Shown here: positions 52,609-61,902 of the stretch, piece after piece
How the letters are laid out: every line of letters begins with the position of its first letter
Numbering within the stretch: the stretch's first letter is position 1
NCBI GenBank assembly: GCA_021732975.1
Contig: JAKFWC010000024.1
Span: 247,634-311,633 of the forward strand
Direction of reading: 5' to 3'
Origin: Planctomycetaceae bacterium
GTDB lineage: Bacteria; Planctomycetota; Planctomycetia; Planctomycetales; Planctomycetaceae
DNA length: 64,000 bases
Translations under genes and position numbers: made by a program
Notes under the pieces: generated by a model
What the model was told of the DNA's origin: nothing
Seen by the model: the letters and a program-made list of their open reading frames with translations, nothing else
The model's database searches: none

Positions 52609-53702
52609 GCGTGTCACATCCCATGCCCGCAGCCAGTCCGATTGCAGCGACGCCGTTTCGACCGACCGGTCCGCTCATGGGCGTTTTACCCCTGGCGATC
52701 GGCATCGTGGTCGCCGTCCTGCTGCATGTCATCTTGCCGGGATTCGTCGGCCCCTATTACTCACGGATTGTCATCGATATCGGCATCGCGATCATCCTGG
52801 CCGTGTCCCTGAACATTGTGAATGGGATGACCGGTCAGTTCTCAATCGGTCACGCGGGCTTTATGACAGTCGGCGGGTATACCGCAGGTCTCATCACTTA
52901 TTACGGTTCCTATTTCATCTGGGGAACCCTCGGAAAACACGGAGTGTTTCTCGGAACCGGGGAGTGGTTGTTCGCCGCATCGTGCATCGTCGGGGGACTG
53001 GTGGCCGCCGGTGCGGGATACATTGTCGGTCTGCCGTCGTTGCGACTACGTGGCGATTACCTTGCCATCGTGACTCTTGGCTTCGGTGAGATTCTCCGTG
53101 TCGTGCTGCAACAGACAGGGAAAGTGCTCGACGATGGTGCAGCGATCCGGGCCGCGGGGTGGTCGCAATGGTTGCCGCCGCCAGTGGGAGGGGCCATTGG
53201 TTTTGACGGCATTCCCAAGTACACGAATCTCTTCTGGGTCTACACGTTTGTCACCATCACCGTTGTGGTGGCGTATCGACTGAAGCATTCCAGTCTTGGC
53301 CGGGCGATGATCTCGGTGCGGGAAGACGAGATCGCTGCCCAGGCGATGGGAGTGAACATTGCCCGTCAGAAAGTGCTGGCGTTTGTGATGGCCGCGTTCT
53401 TCGCCGGGGTCGCCGGTGGACTGTTCGCACACGAACGGGGCGTAATCATCAGCCCGAAAGATGCTGGTTTTCAGCGGTCGTTCGATTACGTGATCATGAC
53501 GGTTCTCGGCGGACGCGGTTCCATCAGCGGCGTGACTCTGGCTGCCATCATTTTGACCGCGCTACCGGAATTGCTCCGTGACTTCGAGCAATACCGCCTC
53601 ATTGTTTTTGCGCTGCTGCTGATCGTGATGATGATCGTCCGCCCGCAAGGATTGTTCGGCATCCACGAGATCTGGCACTTCTGGCGGAGACGGTCGCGAT
53701 GA
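52605..53702 (+). CDS. livM: Branched-chain amino acid ABC transporter permease
   Basis: GQFSIGHAGFM and LRGDYLAIVTLGFGEI motifs. It overlaps livH by 4 nt. Confidence 0.88.
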   Translation: MSVSHPMPAASPIAATPFRPTGPLMGVLPLAIGIVVAVLLHVILPGFVGPYYSRIVIDIGIAIILAVSLNIVNGMTGQFSIGHAGFMTVGGYTAGLITYYGSYFIWGTLGKHGVFLGTGEWLFAASCIVGGLVAAGAGYIVGLPSLRLRGDYLAIVTLGFGEILRVVLQQTGKVLDDGAAIRAAGWSQWLPPPVGGAIGFDGIPKYTNLFWVYTFVTITVVVAYRLKHSSLGRAMISVREDEIAAQAMGVNIARQKVLAFVMAAFFAGVAGGLFAHERGVIISPKDAGFQRSFDYVIMTVLGGRGSISGVTLAAIILTALPELLRDFEQYRLIVFALLLIVMMIVRPQGLFGIHEIWHFWRRRSR

Positions 53703-54472
53703 GTGCCACCGCGCTGCTGCATGTGCAGGATATTGGCATCGCCTTCGGGGGGTTGAAGGCAGTGCAGCATTTCTCGTTGCGATTGCCGGCGGGGGGATTG
53801 TACGGACTCATCGGCCCCAACGGGGCGGGCAAGACGACCGTCTTCAACTTGTTGACCGGCGTCTACAATCCCGACAGTGGGTCGATGCGGCTGGCCGCGA
53901 CCGATTTGATGGGCCGCAAGCCTCACGAGATCACGGCGTCTGGAATCGCTCGAACGTTCCAGAATATCCGGTTGTTTCCCAATCTGACGGTGCTCGACAA
54001 TGTCCGCCTCGCGGGTCAATTGCGGAGCCGAGTCGGGTTGTTCGGCACGCTGGCCCGCACCGCCGAATATCAGCATCAGGAAGACGATCTCACCCGCAAA
54101 GCCCTCGATTTGCTGTCCATCTTCGAGATGCAGGACCGGGCGGACGAACTCGCCGACAGTTTAAGTTATGGGCATCAACGCCGGTTGGAAATTCTGCGGG
54201 CCTTGGCAACCGATCCGCGAGTGCTGCTGCTGGATGAACCAGCGGCGGGACTGAATCCCCAGGAAAAATTGGCGCTGGCCAAATCGATTCGTGCCATCCG
54301 CGACCGTTTTCAGGTGGCTGTCCTGCTCATCGAGCACGATATGGGTCTCGTGATGGATATCTGCGAACGAATCACCGTCCTCGATCACGGCGTGACGATC
54401 TGCGAAGGACCGCCGAAGCACGTGCAGAACGATCCCAAGGTCATCGCCGCGTACCTGGGGGGAGGAGGATAG
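53699..54472 (+). CDS. livG: Branched-chain amino acid ABC transporter ATP-binding protein
   Basis: Walker A GPNGAGKTT, signature LSYGHQRRLEI, Walker B LLLDEPAAG, and the LivG-type insertion. It overlaps livM by 4 nt. Confidence 0.9.
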   Translation: MSATALLHVQDIGIAFGGLKAVQHFSLRLPAGGLYGLIGPNGAGKTTVFNLLTGVYNPDSGSMRLAATDLMGRKPHEITASGIARTFQNIRLFPNLTVLDNVRLAGQLRSRVGLFGTLARTAEYQHQEDDLTRKALDLLSIFEMQDRADELADSLSYGHQRRLEILRALATDPRVLLLDEPAAGLNPQEKLALAKSIRAIRDRFQVAVLLIEHDMGLVMDICERITVLDHGVTICEGPPKHVQNDPKVIAAYLGGGG

Positions 54473-54560
54473 TTGTCAGTGGTCCGTGGTCAAGTAGTAA
54501 CGACCAGTGACCATCGATTGCATTTCCTCACCACTATCAACTCTCGACTGACAACCACTC

Positions 54561-55268
54561 ATGCTTTCCATCAACGACCTCTCTGTCAGCTACGGGTCCA
54601 TTCAGGCCCTGCGGGGGATTTCGTTGCATGTGGAGGCGGGAGAAATCGTCACCCTCATCGGCGGCAACGGCGCGGGGAAGTCGACCACGCTCCGGACGGT
54701 GAGTGGACTGTTATCGCCACGGTCGGGTCAGATCCAATTTGAGGGGCAGGCGATTCAGGGACAACCGCCGCATCTGATCGCGCAGCGGGGACTGGTGCAT
54801 GTTCCGGAAGGCCGCGGGATTTTTGCGAACCTCACGGTCGAAGAAAACCTGCAACTGGGGGCCTATTTTCGGCACGACAAAGCCGGCATTCGGACCGACC
54901 GCGAACGGGCTCTCACGCTGTTCCCCCGAGTCCGCGAACGGTTGCAGCAACAGGCGGGGACGCTCTCCGGCGGTGAGCAGCAGATGCTCGCCATTGCTCG
55001 AGCGCTCTTGTCGCGGCCGAAGTTGCTGATGCTCGACGAGCCATCACTCGGCCTTGCCCCACAAATCGTACAGACGATTTTTCAGGTCATTCGTGAGATC
55101 AACCAGGAAGGAACGACAATCCTGCTCGTGGAACAGAATGCCAGCATGGCGCTTCAGGTTGCCCACCGCGCTTATGTGCTGGAAGTCGGCTGTATCCAGA
55201 TGGAAGGGGACGCCAAAGCCCTCGCCGCCAGCGATGATGTCCGCAAAGCCTACTTGGGCGCACACTGA
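54561..55268 (+). CDS. livF: Branched-chain amino acid ABC transporter ATP-binding protein
   Basis: Walker A GGNGAGKST, signature LSGGEQQMLAIARAL, Walker B LMLDEPS. Confidence 0.9.
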   Translation: MLSINDLSVSYGSIQALRGISLHVEAGEIVTLIGGNGAGKSTTLRTVSGLLSPRSGQIQFEGQAIQGQPPHLIAQRGLVHVPEGRGIFANLTVEENLQLGAYFRHDKAGIRTDRERALTLFPRVRERLQQQAGTLSGGEQQMLAIARALLSRPKLLMLDEPSLGLAPQIVQTIFQVIREINQEGTTILLVEQNASMALQVAHRAYVLEVGCIQMEGDAKALAASDDVRKAYLGAH

Positions 55269-55271
55269 GTT

Positions 55272-55724
55272 TCAGCCGCGCGTGGCTTTGGCGAGCCATT
55301 TGTCGAGTTGATTCGCAAAGGACTGTCGCTGGTTCGTGCCATATCCCGCCGGTCCACCGGTGATCATGCCTTCGCCGCGAAGGTTGTCCATCAGATTGCG
55401 TGCCGCGAGCCGTTCGCCGACCGTTTCTTTTGTGTAAAGCATCCCGCGCGGATCAAGAGCCGTCGCTCCTTTGGCAACGACATCGGCTGCCAGCGGAACA
55501 TCGGCCGTGATCACGAGATCGCCCGGTTGCGTCAACTCGACAATCTTGCGGTCGGCGACATTCATTCCCTGCGGCACCAGCACGGTCGAAATAAATTCCG
55601 ACTTCGGCGGCGTCAGCACCGCGTTCGCCACCAGCACGACCGGCATCCGGCAACGGAGCGCCGCCTTGAAAAGCATCGCCTTCACATCGCCCGGACAGGC
55701 GTCGGCATCAACCCAGATCGTCAT
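55272..55724 (-). CDS. yaiI: UPF0178 / YaiI family protein
   Basis: The N-terminus IWVDADACP is typical, and the 150-aa size fits the family. Confidence 0.8.
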   Translation of the reverse strand: MTIWVDADACPGDVKAMLFKAALRCRMPVVLVANAVLTPPKSEFISTVLVPQGMNVADRKIVELTQPGDLVITADVPLAADVVAKGATALDPRGMLYTKETVGERLAARNLMDNLRGEGMITGGPAGYGTNQRQSFANQLDKWLAKATRG

Positions 55725-55857
55725 GACAGGACAGGTTCCCTTCCATTGTGATTTAAGCCTCTAATCTTAACACCGTACCGCCGCTGAGGCTCGCCGTCAT
55801 CTCCGATAGTCGCTCACGTTGCGAACTCGGAGTGGAGAACGTTTTCAAACTTGTCCG

Positions 55858-55897
55858 TTGACATCGCCCGAACAGTGCATTACAGTCGTGATGCACT
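55858..55897 (+). promoter_or_regulatory. Candidate sigma-70-like promoter (TTGACA-17-TACAGT) overlapped by a 7-bp inverted repeat AGTGCAT-N10-ATGCACT (possible GntR operator)
   Basis: TTGACA lies at 55858-55863 and TACAGT at 55881-55886. The inverted-repeat arms lie at 55874-55880 and 55891-55897, directly upstream of the GntR gene. Planctomycete promoter rules are poorly known. Confidence 0.35.
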
Positions 55898-55921
55898 ATG
55901 ACACAATTGATAAGAGTGACG

Positions 55922-56311
55922 ATGAGTTCCCCCGCGATTCAATTTGAGATTCATCCGTCCTCGGGCGTGCCGATTTATCGGCAGCTGATGGATCAACTGC
56001 GGGCACTGATTGCCAGCGGGCGGTTGCAGCCGGGCGATCTCGTTCCCAGCGTGCGCCAACTGGGCGATTCGCTCGCCGTCAACATGATGACCGTTTCCAA
56101 AGCTTACGCGAAACTCGAAGCGGAAGGCGTGCTGGAGCGCGACCGGGGCGTCGGAATGCGGGTTAAAGCGACTTCCGTCTCGGGAACGGTCGCCGCCCGA
56201 CAGAAAGAGCTCGTTCCCTTCGCCGAACAACTCGTCACCCGCGGCTGGCAACTGCAACTGACCAACGAGCAAGTCCTCGCGGTGGTGAATGCCGCGCTGA
56301 AGAAAAGGTGA
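55922..56311 (+). CDS. GntR-family (YtrA-like, short) transcriptional regulator
   Basis: wHTH segment PIYRQLMDQLRALIASGRLQPGDLVPSVRQLGDSLAVNMMTVSKAYAKLEAEGVL. The effector domain is short. The start is ATG 55922 or 55898. Confidence 0.85.
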   Translation: MSSPAIQFEIHPSSGVPIYRQLMDQLRALIASGRLQPGDLVPSVRQLGDSLAVNMMTVSKAYAKLEAEGVLERDRGVGMRVKATSVSGTVAARQKELVPFAEQLVTRGWQLQLTNEQVLAVVNAALKKR

Positions 56312-56391
56312 TCGGTGGGGGGTGATGAGCAGAGCGTCTTCTATTTGTCTTCCGACCAACTACATCGATCACTCGTTCCCTAGGAATCTCC

Positions 56392-57276
56392 ATGACTACG
56401 ATCATCGAAGCCCTCGACGTTCGCAAACGCTTCGGTCGCAACGAAGTGCTCCGGGGGGCGACATTACAGATTCCGCGGGGGGCCATCGTTGGCATGGTCG
56501 GGACCAATGGGGCGGGCAAATCAACGCTCATCAAATGTTTGCTCGGCCTGCTGCGGCCCGACAACGGGATCGTGCAGTTGTTCGGCGAAGACTCATGGGA
56601 TCTCAGCGCCGAGAACAAAGGCCGGCTCGGTTACGTTCCGCAGACGGTGCAACTCTATCCGTGGATGAAGGTCGATCAAGTCGTGCGGTATGTCGCCGCG
56701 TTTTATCCGCACTGGGATGGAGCGTGGTCGAACGAATTACTCGACCGCTGGCAATTGCCGCGGGATCATCGTGTGGGACCGTTGTCGCCAGGTCAGATGC
56801 AGAAGCTGGGCCTGGTCCTCGCGCTGGGACATCGACCGGAATTGTTGATCCTCGATGAACCGGTCGCGGCGCTCGATCCGGTGGCGCGACGTGAGTTCCT
56901 GCGGGCGATGATGGAGGTCACCAACGACGAGCAACACACCGTGTTGTTCTCCACGCACATCACGTCGGACCTCGAACGGGTCGCCTCGCATGTGGCTTTA
57001 CTACAGGATGGCAGAATTGCCCTGTTTGACGAGTTGGACGCTGTCAAAGACCGTGTGAAACGCGTGCGGATTCAAGCCGCGAATATCCTGCCAGCGGACT
57101 TTCATGTGCGGGGCGCATTGCGAATCAAAGTCGACGGAGCGAATGCGCTTGCCGCGGTGGCCGATCTGGATGACCGACTCGTCGGCGAACTCGCGGAGAC
57201 CTGGCATGCGGACGTGTCGATTGAGGATTTGAACCTCGAAGACATCTTCCTGGAGCTGCATCATGCCGACCGCTGA
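56392..57276 (+). CDS. ABC transporter ATP-binding protein (ABC-2 type)
   Basis: Walker A GTNGAGKSTL, signature LSPGQMQKLGL, Walker B LILDEPV. Confidence 0.88.
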   Translation: MTTIIEALDVRKRFGRNEVLRGATLQIPRGAIVGMVGTNGAGKSTLIKCLLGLLRPDNGIVQLFGEDSWDLSAENKGRLGYVPQTVQLYPWMKVDQVVRYVAAFYPHWDGAWSNELLDRWQLPRDHRVGPLSPGQMQKLGLVLALGHRPELLILDEPVAALDPVARREFLRAMMEVTNDEQHTVLFSTHITSDLERVASHVALLQDGRIALFDELDAVKDRVKRVRIQAANILPADFHVRGALRIKVDGANALAAVADLDDRLVGELAETWHADVSIEDLNLEDIFLELHHADR

Positions 57277-59578
57277 ATTGTCTTCGTTATCCGTGACCAC
57301 GCGTTTCGGGAAACGCCTGTCCGCCGTGTGGCTGACGTATCGGACGCGGCCGCTGGCGTGGTTGATGTTACTGATCTATCTCGTCGCCGGCGGGGCGGCC
57401 GTGTACCAGTTGCACGATCCACGGCCCCCCTTCGAAATTTGGGAAGCGGGGGCAATTAATCAAAAAGATAAATCCGATTTCCGTCTTCAACGAATTGATT
57501 GGGGCAGGCAGCGCCGCCTGGCGGTTACGCCGCGCGTCCCTAATCCCGAGCCGAAACTCCGGTTCGCGACACCGGATGTCCAAAAAGCGTTCAATCAAGG
57601 AAAGAAGCCGGTCCCCCCCGAGAAAGCAAGGACCATCGAGATCTACAGCGAAGAGGACATCCCGGCCGATTTCTGGGAACCCGGGCGTTACCCCCGCGTG
57701 GAAACTGTGATCGTCTGGGGATCGCCGTTGACCGGCGCGACGCTCCGAAAACTCATCCAGACGCATCCCCTCAAGGCGCTTTCGATCCGCATCGCCCACA
57801 CGACGACCGCGGATGACCTCCGTTCGCTGGCGGATGCGGATCACCTGGAGCTTCTGCAACTCGATGCCATCCGCGTCATGTTGGAGCCGGGGGCACTCTC
57901 CTGGCCGAAGAATCTGCGGACCCTGTCGGTCACCGCGTACGCACCGTTGCCGATCGAGCGCATCCAAGAATGGCGAGCGCTGCCCCGATTGGAATCGTTG
58001 ATCTTGAATGTTCCGTCCACGGAGCAAGCTTCGTTGCTCGCGCCGGAGATCGTTGCCGAACTGGAACAATTTCCCCAGCGACCGACGTTGTATCTCGATG
58101 TTCCCGAGGGCAGTGACGGGCAATGGGCGGTGGCGGCACAGTCCCATTTTCGGCGGCTCGCCGTTCGGCCAGGCCATGTACTGAAATCGCGAACGGCCGC
58201 CGCCTGCTATGCGTTCGGTCTGGTTTTGATTCCGTTGGGGTTCAGCGTGCTGCAACTGACCGGGCAGGGACTCCAGCCGTGGTCCCAGTTCGCTCCGGGC
58301 GCAGCGCAACCGCATCAATGGCTTGCAGCTCTGTTGTGGGCATCAGCGGGAACCATTAGCACCGGCTTCGCGTCTTATCACGGCGTTGCCTGGCCAACAG
58401 CACTGGCAATTCCAATGAGCGGGGTGTTGTCGTACACCGCGTGCGGTTGGCTGCTCCGTCATGATCGCAGTGTCGGACTCGTGGGGTTGGTTCACCCAGT
58501 GATGGCGTACGCTCCCCTCTACTTTCTTTCATTCGTGTTTGTGGGAGGGTTGGGACTGTTCGGATTCTACCCCACGTGGGGAGGAGAACTCGACTGGTTT
58601 CTGCGTGGACGATATCCGGCGCTCGCCTTCGCAATCATTCTCATAGGCATTTGGACTGGGCGACGACTGCTCTTCACGCTCTTCAGCGTTCGACGTATCG
58701 CCGAGGAAGCGGGGACGGCCACCGCTCCTTTATCGATGTTCGACTTCGTCGGCTGGGCCCGCATCACGCAACCGTTTGCGGCCAAACAGTTGAAAGGCCA
58801 AGCGAATTGGAATCCTCTGCAACGGAACAGGGAATGGCGAATCGAGGCCACGCTCAATGCCGGGCCGGCGCTCACTCGCGCTCAGCGGGTTTCCGTGTGG
58901 TTGTGCGGGCTACCTATGCATCCTTTTGACTACAGCAGTTTCTTTGTCGCCATCCTCATTGGCCAGTCCGTTGTGTTTTTCGGAGTGAGACAATTCAGCT
59001 TCGAGTTTGAACTCCCTCGCCCCGCATTGACGGGAGCCTTCATTCAGATCCTGATGATGTTCCTCTTCGTGCCGATGGGCCTGATATGGTCTCGGCGGCG
59101 GTGGATGGCGCACGAAATGTTGTTCCCGATTTCCCGGCGTGATTGGATGCTCGATGGGTTCGTTGCACAGATGTGGCTGTATACACCGATCCCGTTCGTG
59201 CTGGCGACTCTGGCACTGACGGACGCGATTCTCGGTGGCGTGGTTTCACCGGCACCCATGGAAGTCGCCACCAGCCTAGTGGGGTTAGTGTATGCGATCA
59301 TCGCGTCGTGGGCGGTGAGCCTGCTGGTGGTGACGTGGTCACCGCAGCGGTTGATGTGGACCATTGCCGCGCTGGTGGGTTTGCCGTTCGTCTGTGTCCC
59401 GCTGTTTCTGCTCATTGGCTGGCTCGTCGGGAACGAGAACACCACGGCGTTCGATGCGTTCCTGACAGCGCCCGCCACCATCACCGTCGCCGTGATTGTC
59501 GCCCTAACGGCGTTAATGGGATTGATCGCCTGGGCACGGCGCAGTTGGCAGACATTGGAAGTCGGCCGCGTGAATTGA
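57263..59578 (+). CDS. Large polytopic membrane protein with an N-terminal leucine-rich extracytoplasmic region (putative permease partner)
   Basis: It overlaps the ATPase gene by 14 nt. It has one N-terminal TM, a ~270-aa region with LRR-like LxxLxL periodicity (HLELLQLDAIRV, LRTLSVTAY, LPRLESLILNV), then about 10 hydrophobic helices. Confidence 0.6.
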   Translation: MPTAELSSLSVTTRFGKRLSAVWLTYRTRPLAWLMLLIYLVAGGAAVYQLHDPRPPFEIWEAGAINQKDKSDFRLQRIDWGRQRRLAVTPRVPNPEPKLRFATPDVQKAFNQGKKPVPPEKARTIEIYSEEDIPADFWEPGRYPRVETVIVWGSPLTGATLRKLIQTHPLKALSIRIAHTTTADDLRSLADADHLELLQLDAIRVMLEPGALSWPKNLRTLSVTAYAPLPIERIQEWRALPRLESLILNVPSTEQASLLAPEIVAELEQFPQRPTLYLDVPEGSDGQWAVAAQSHFRRLAVRPGHVLKSRTAAACYAFGLVLIPLGFSVLQLTGQGLQPWSQFAPGAAQPHQWLAALLWASAGTISTGFASYHGVAWPTALAIPMSGVLSYTACGWLLRHDRSVGLVGLVHPVMAYAPLYFLSFVFVGGLGLFGFYPTWGGELDWFLRGRYPALAFAIILIGIWTGRRLLFTLFSVRRIAEEAGTATAPLSMFDFVGWARITQPFAAKQLKGQANWNPLQRNREWRIEATLNAGPALTRAQRVSVWLCGLPMHPFDYSSFFVAILIGQSVVFFGVRQFSFEFELPRPALTGAFIQILMMFLFVPMGLIWSRRRWMAHEMLFPISRRDWMLDGFVAQMWLYTPIPFVLATLALTDAILGGVVSPAPMEVATSLVGLVYAIIASWAVSLLVVTWSPQRLMWTIAALVGLPFVCVPLFLLIGWLVGNENTTAFDAFLTAPATITVAVIVALTALMGLIAWARRSWQTLEVGRVN

Positions 59579-59837
59579 TTTGGCCTTTTCATACAGTCCC
59601 GCCCACATCCTCGCAGAGCTTGCCAACTCGCGATCTTTCGTCTTCGTCAAAACCGGTCAACTCGAAACCGGATTTCCCTCCGCGAATGCATCCCTGTCCG
59701 AAGGTCTGCGAATTCGCATGCTAGAGTTGCTCGTCAGGTTGCACGCAGGCTCCATTCGCTGCGCGGCGACTGGATCGGTTGGTACCGATTCTGACGTGAG
59801 TAACGCTCGCAGCCTCGAATTTCAAAGGGCCCGGCCG

Positions 59838-60521
59838 ATGGGGTTCCTCAAGAAGTTTTTCAAGAACACCTACCGCGACGGCGATGCCAAGCGGGGAAGC
59901 AGCAGCTTCGACAATCTGCCCGAAGACGCGCTGGAATCCCACCTGAAAATCGCGCGGTACGGCAGTTTCACGCTCACCGATGCCGTCCGTCCTTCCTACG
60001 ATTTGCAGGTCGTCCCGCGAGCCGGCTACCGACACGATCACTATCAGGACCGCGAATCGGGGATCAAGATTCCGGTGCTGATGGCAGCAGCCAGCCGTGA
60101 AAAAGTGCTCGATCTGTTTTTCGATCTGCTCGACCCATTGGGCGAAGTGGTCGACGTGGTGCTGGAAACCAGTCACGAACGTCAAGGCGGACATGAGGAT
60201 CTTTACCGCGAAGAGATCGATCTCCCGATTTTGAAGAGCATTCTGTACGACTTTGAGGACGTGCTGCTGAATGACGGTTGCACCGGATTGGCGGTCCTCA
60301 ACCCCAATATCCCGCGGGAAGTGCAGTTTGACGAGCACAAGTTGCTGATCCTCTACGGTCACGAGCTCGTTGACTTCGAAGATGTGTTGGACGACTACGG
60401 CCTGCCGTGTCAGGAAGAATTGAAGTTCATCACCGAAGCAGAACACGTGCATTCGTCCAGCGAAGAATTCACCCGCCGCTTTGAACAACTGCGGTATGCG
60501 CTGGGTATCGACGAAGATTGA
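59838..60521 (+). CDS. Hypothetical acidic protein
   Basis: ATG at 59838 (MGFLKKFFKN...). The track ORF begins at a TTG at 59580, so an upstream extension cannot be excluded. Confidence 0.5.
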   Translation: MGFLKKFFKNTYRDGDAKRGSSSFDNLPEDALESHLKIARYGSFTLTDAVRPSYDLQVVPRAGYRHDHYQDRESGIKIPVLMAAASREKVLDLFFDLLDPLGEVVDVVLETSHERQGGHEDLYREEIDLPILKSILYDFEDVLLNDGCTGLAVLNPNIPREVQFDEHKLLILYGHELVDFEDVLDDYGLPCQEELKFITEAEHVHSSSEEFTRRFEQLRYALGIDED

Positions 60522-60530
60522 GATTTTTTA

Positions 60531-60610
60531 CGAGCCCGAAGCGCGAGCGCCGGGTTCTTCTCTGCGAAGTCGCGTAATTAGCGGAGACCCGGCGCTTGCG
60601 CTTCGGGCTG
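60531..60610. repeat. 80-nt inverted-repeat element, CGAGCCCGAAGCGCGAGCGCCGGGT arms (family B), copy 1
   Basis: The left arm is 60531-60555. The right arm at 60587-60610 is its reverse complement with 2 mismatches. Confidence 0.85.
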
Positions 60611-60638
60611 GTTACGACCGGAATTTGAGGGCTGTCCG

Positions 60639-61856
60639 ATGCGAGTCATGGGCTTGCTGTTTGCCGCGGCTTGTGGTGCGGGCGGTGCGATTTATGTGAT
60701 GCAGGCCGGGTTGCCGACCGTTCCGCTGACCTGGGCGGAAATGGGGCCGAGTGCCAGTGTCTCCGTCGAAGGCGAGCAATCCGAAATTGCGGGTTGGGAC
60801 GGCACTCCGCAATCGTTACCGGTCGATGACGGTCGCGATCATCGGCCAATCACCACGCCGGGATTGTCTCAACGCATAGCACCCACGCAAGGGATGTGGA
60901 ACGCGCTCTCCCGTTGGAATCTCACGAGCAATCAGGACGGTCACGGCGATATTGCTGCGCGGACGATCTCGAACCGCACGGCAAAACCGACGACAAATAC
61001 CCGCACGGTGGGGGCGTGGACAGTCATCGGTCAAAGCGCTCAGGGCCAGGCGATGCATGTCCGCCGCATTGGTGTCGGCGAAAAGTGTACGCTCATCGTT
61101 GCCGGGATGGATGGCGAAGACCGCATCGCCGTCAACTGGATCGACAGTCTCGCCAAACGGCTCGACGAAGAACCGGACTCGTTCCGCGATCATCAACTGA
61201 TTCTCTTGCGGGCAGTCAATCCCGACGGGCTCATTGCCAAGCGTCCCGAGAATGCCCGCGGCGTGGCCATCAATCGCAACTTTCCAACGGGCAATTATCG
61301 CCCCGGCGGCAATCCGTCAGCAGGAAAAGGCCCCGCCAGCGAACCGGAAACGCGGGCGGTGATGCAACTGCTCTACGATCTGCGACCGCAACGCGTCGTG
61401 CATGTGGTTTCAACGCCCCGCCGTTCGATTGCCGAATGCAACGGCGTGGCCACGGAAGCCAATGCGTCACTCTCGACAATTCGCAGCCTGACGGTCGCGG
61501 ACTTCGATGCGAAAGATCACCCCGGATCACTCGAAGATTTCGTGACCAGCGTGCTCGGGTCCGAGATGGTGACGTTGCGACTGGCCATCAATGACGATTG
61601 GCGTGCCGCAGCAGTCGCCCACTTCCCGACATTGGTCGCCGCCAGCGTACCGCAACTCCATCGTGGCGGGCTGACCGCAACGATAAATGACGAACCGGAG
61701 ACCGATCCCACACCGTTCCGTGTCGAACCGCAGGAAGGCCCGAAGCTGGAGTTCGACTCCGACAGCGCCGCAGCAAACACGAACAAGCTGACGGGGATCC
61801 TCAAGCGTCCGAAGCGCACAGGATTTGAGGAACTTCCCCCGCCGCGCGGTCGCTGA
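60639..61856 (+). CDS. M14-family (MpaA-like) peptidase homolog with substituted metal-binding motif
   Basis: VNPDGLIAKRPENARGVAINRNFP and SEPETRAVMQLL are typical M14/MpaA blocks. The position of the canonical HxxE motif reads DGED (61110-61121). Confidence 0.65.
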   Translation: MRVMGLLFAAACGAGGAIYVMQAGLPTVPLTWAEMGPSASVSVEGEQSEIAGWDGTPQSLPVDDGRDHRPITTPGLSQRIAPTQGMWNALSRWNLTSNQDGHGDIAARTISNRTAKPTTNTRTVGAWTVIGQSAQGQAMHVRRIGVGEKCTLIVAGMDGEDRIAVNWIDSLAKRLDEEPDSFRDHQLILLRAVNPDGLIAKRPENARGVAINRNFPTGNYRPGGNPSAGKGPASEPETRAVMQLLYDLRPQRVVHVVSTPRRSIAECNGVATEANASLSTIRSLTVADFDAKDHPGSLEDFVTSVLGSEMVTLRLAINDDWRAAAVAHFPTLVAASVPQLHRGGLTATINDEPETDPTPFRVEPQEGPKLEFDSDSAAANTNKLTGILKRPKRTGFEELPPPRGR

Positions 61857-61902
61857 GTTCGCCTTGCCGCTTTGCGGAATCCCAGCGCCGGCGATCTTCT
61901 CC

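Noticed and set aside
54473-54560. The CAGTGGTC / GACCAGTG-rich 88-nt spacer between livG and livF, considered as a possible regulatory RNA.
   Set aside because: It is short and built of the same low-complexity palindromic material seen in other spacers. There is no evidence beyond repeat content.
59580-59837. An 86-aa TTG-initiated N-terminal extension of the 59838..60521 ORF.
   Set aside because: It has a non-canonical start immediately after the upstream stop and no recognisable features. Its third-position GC is not clearly non-coding, so the extension is left as an open possibility in the feature note.
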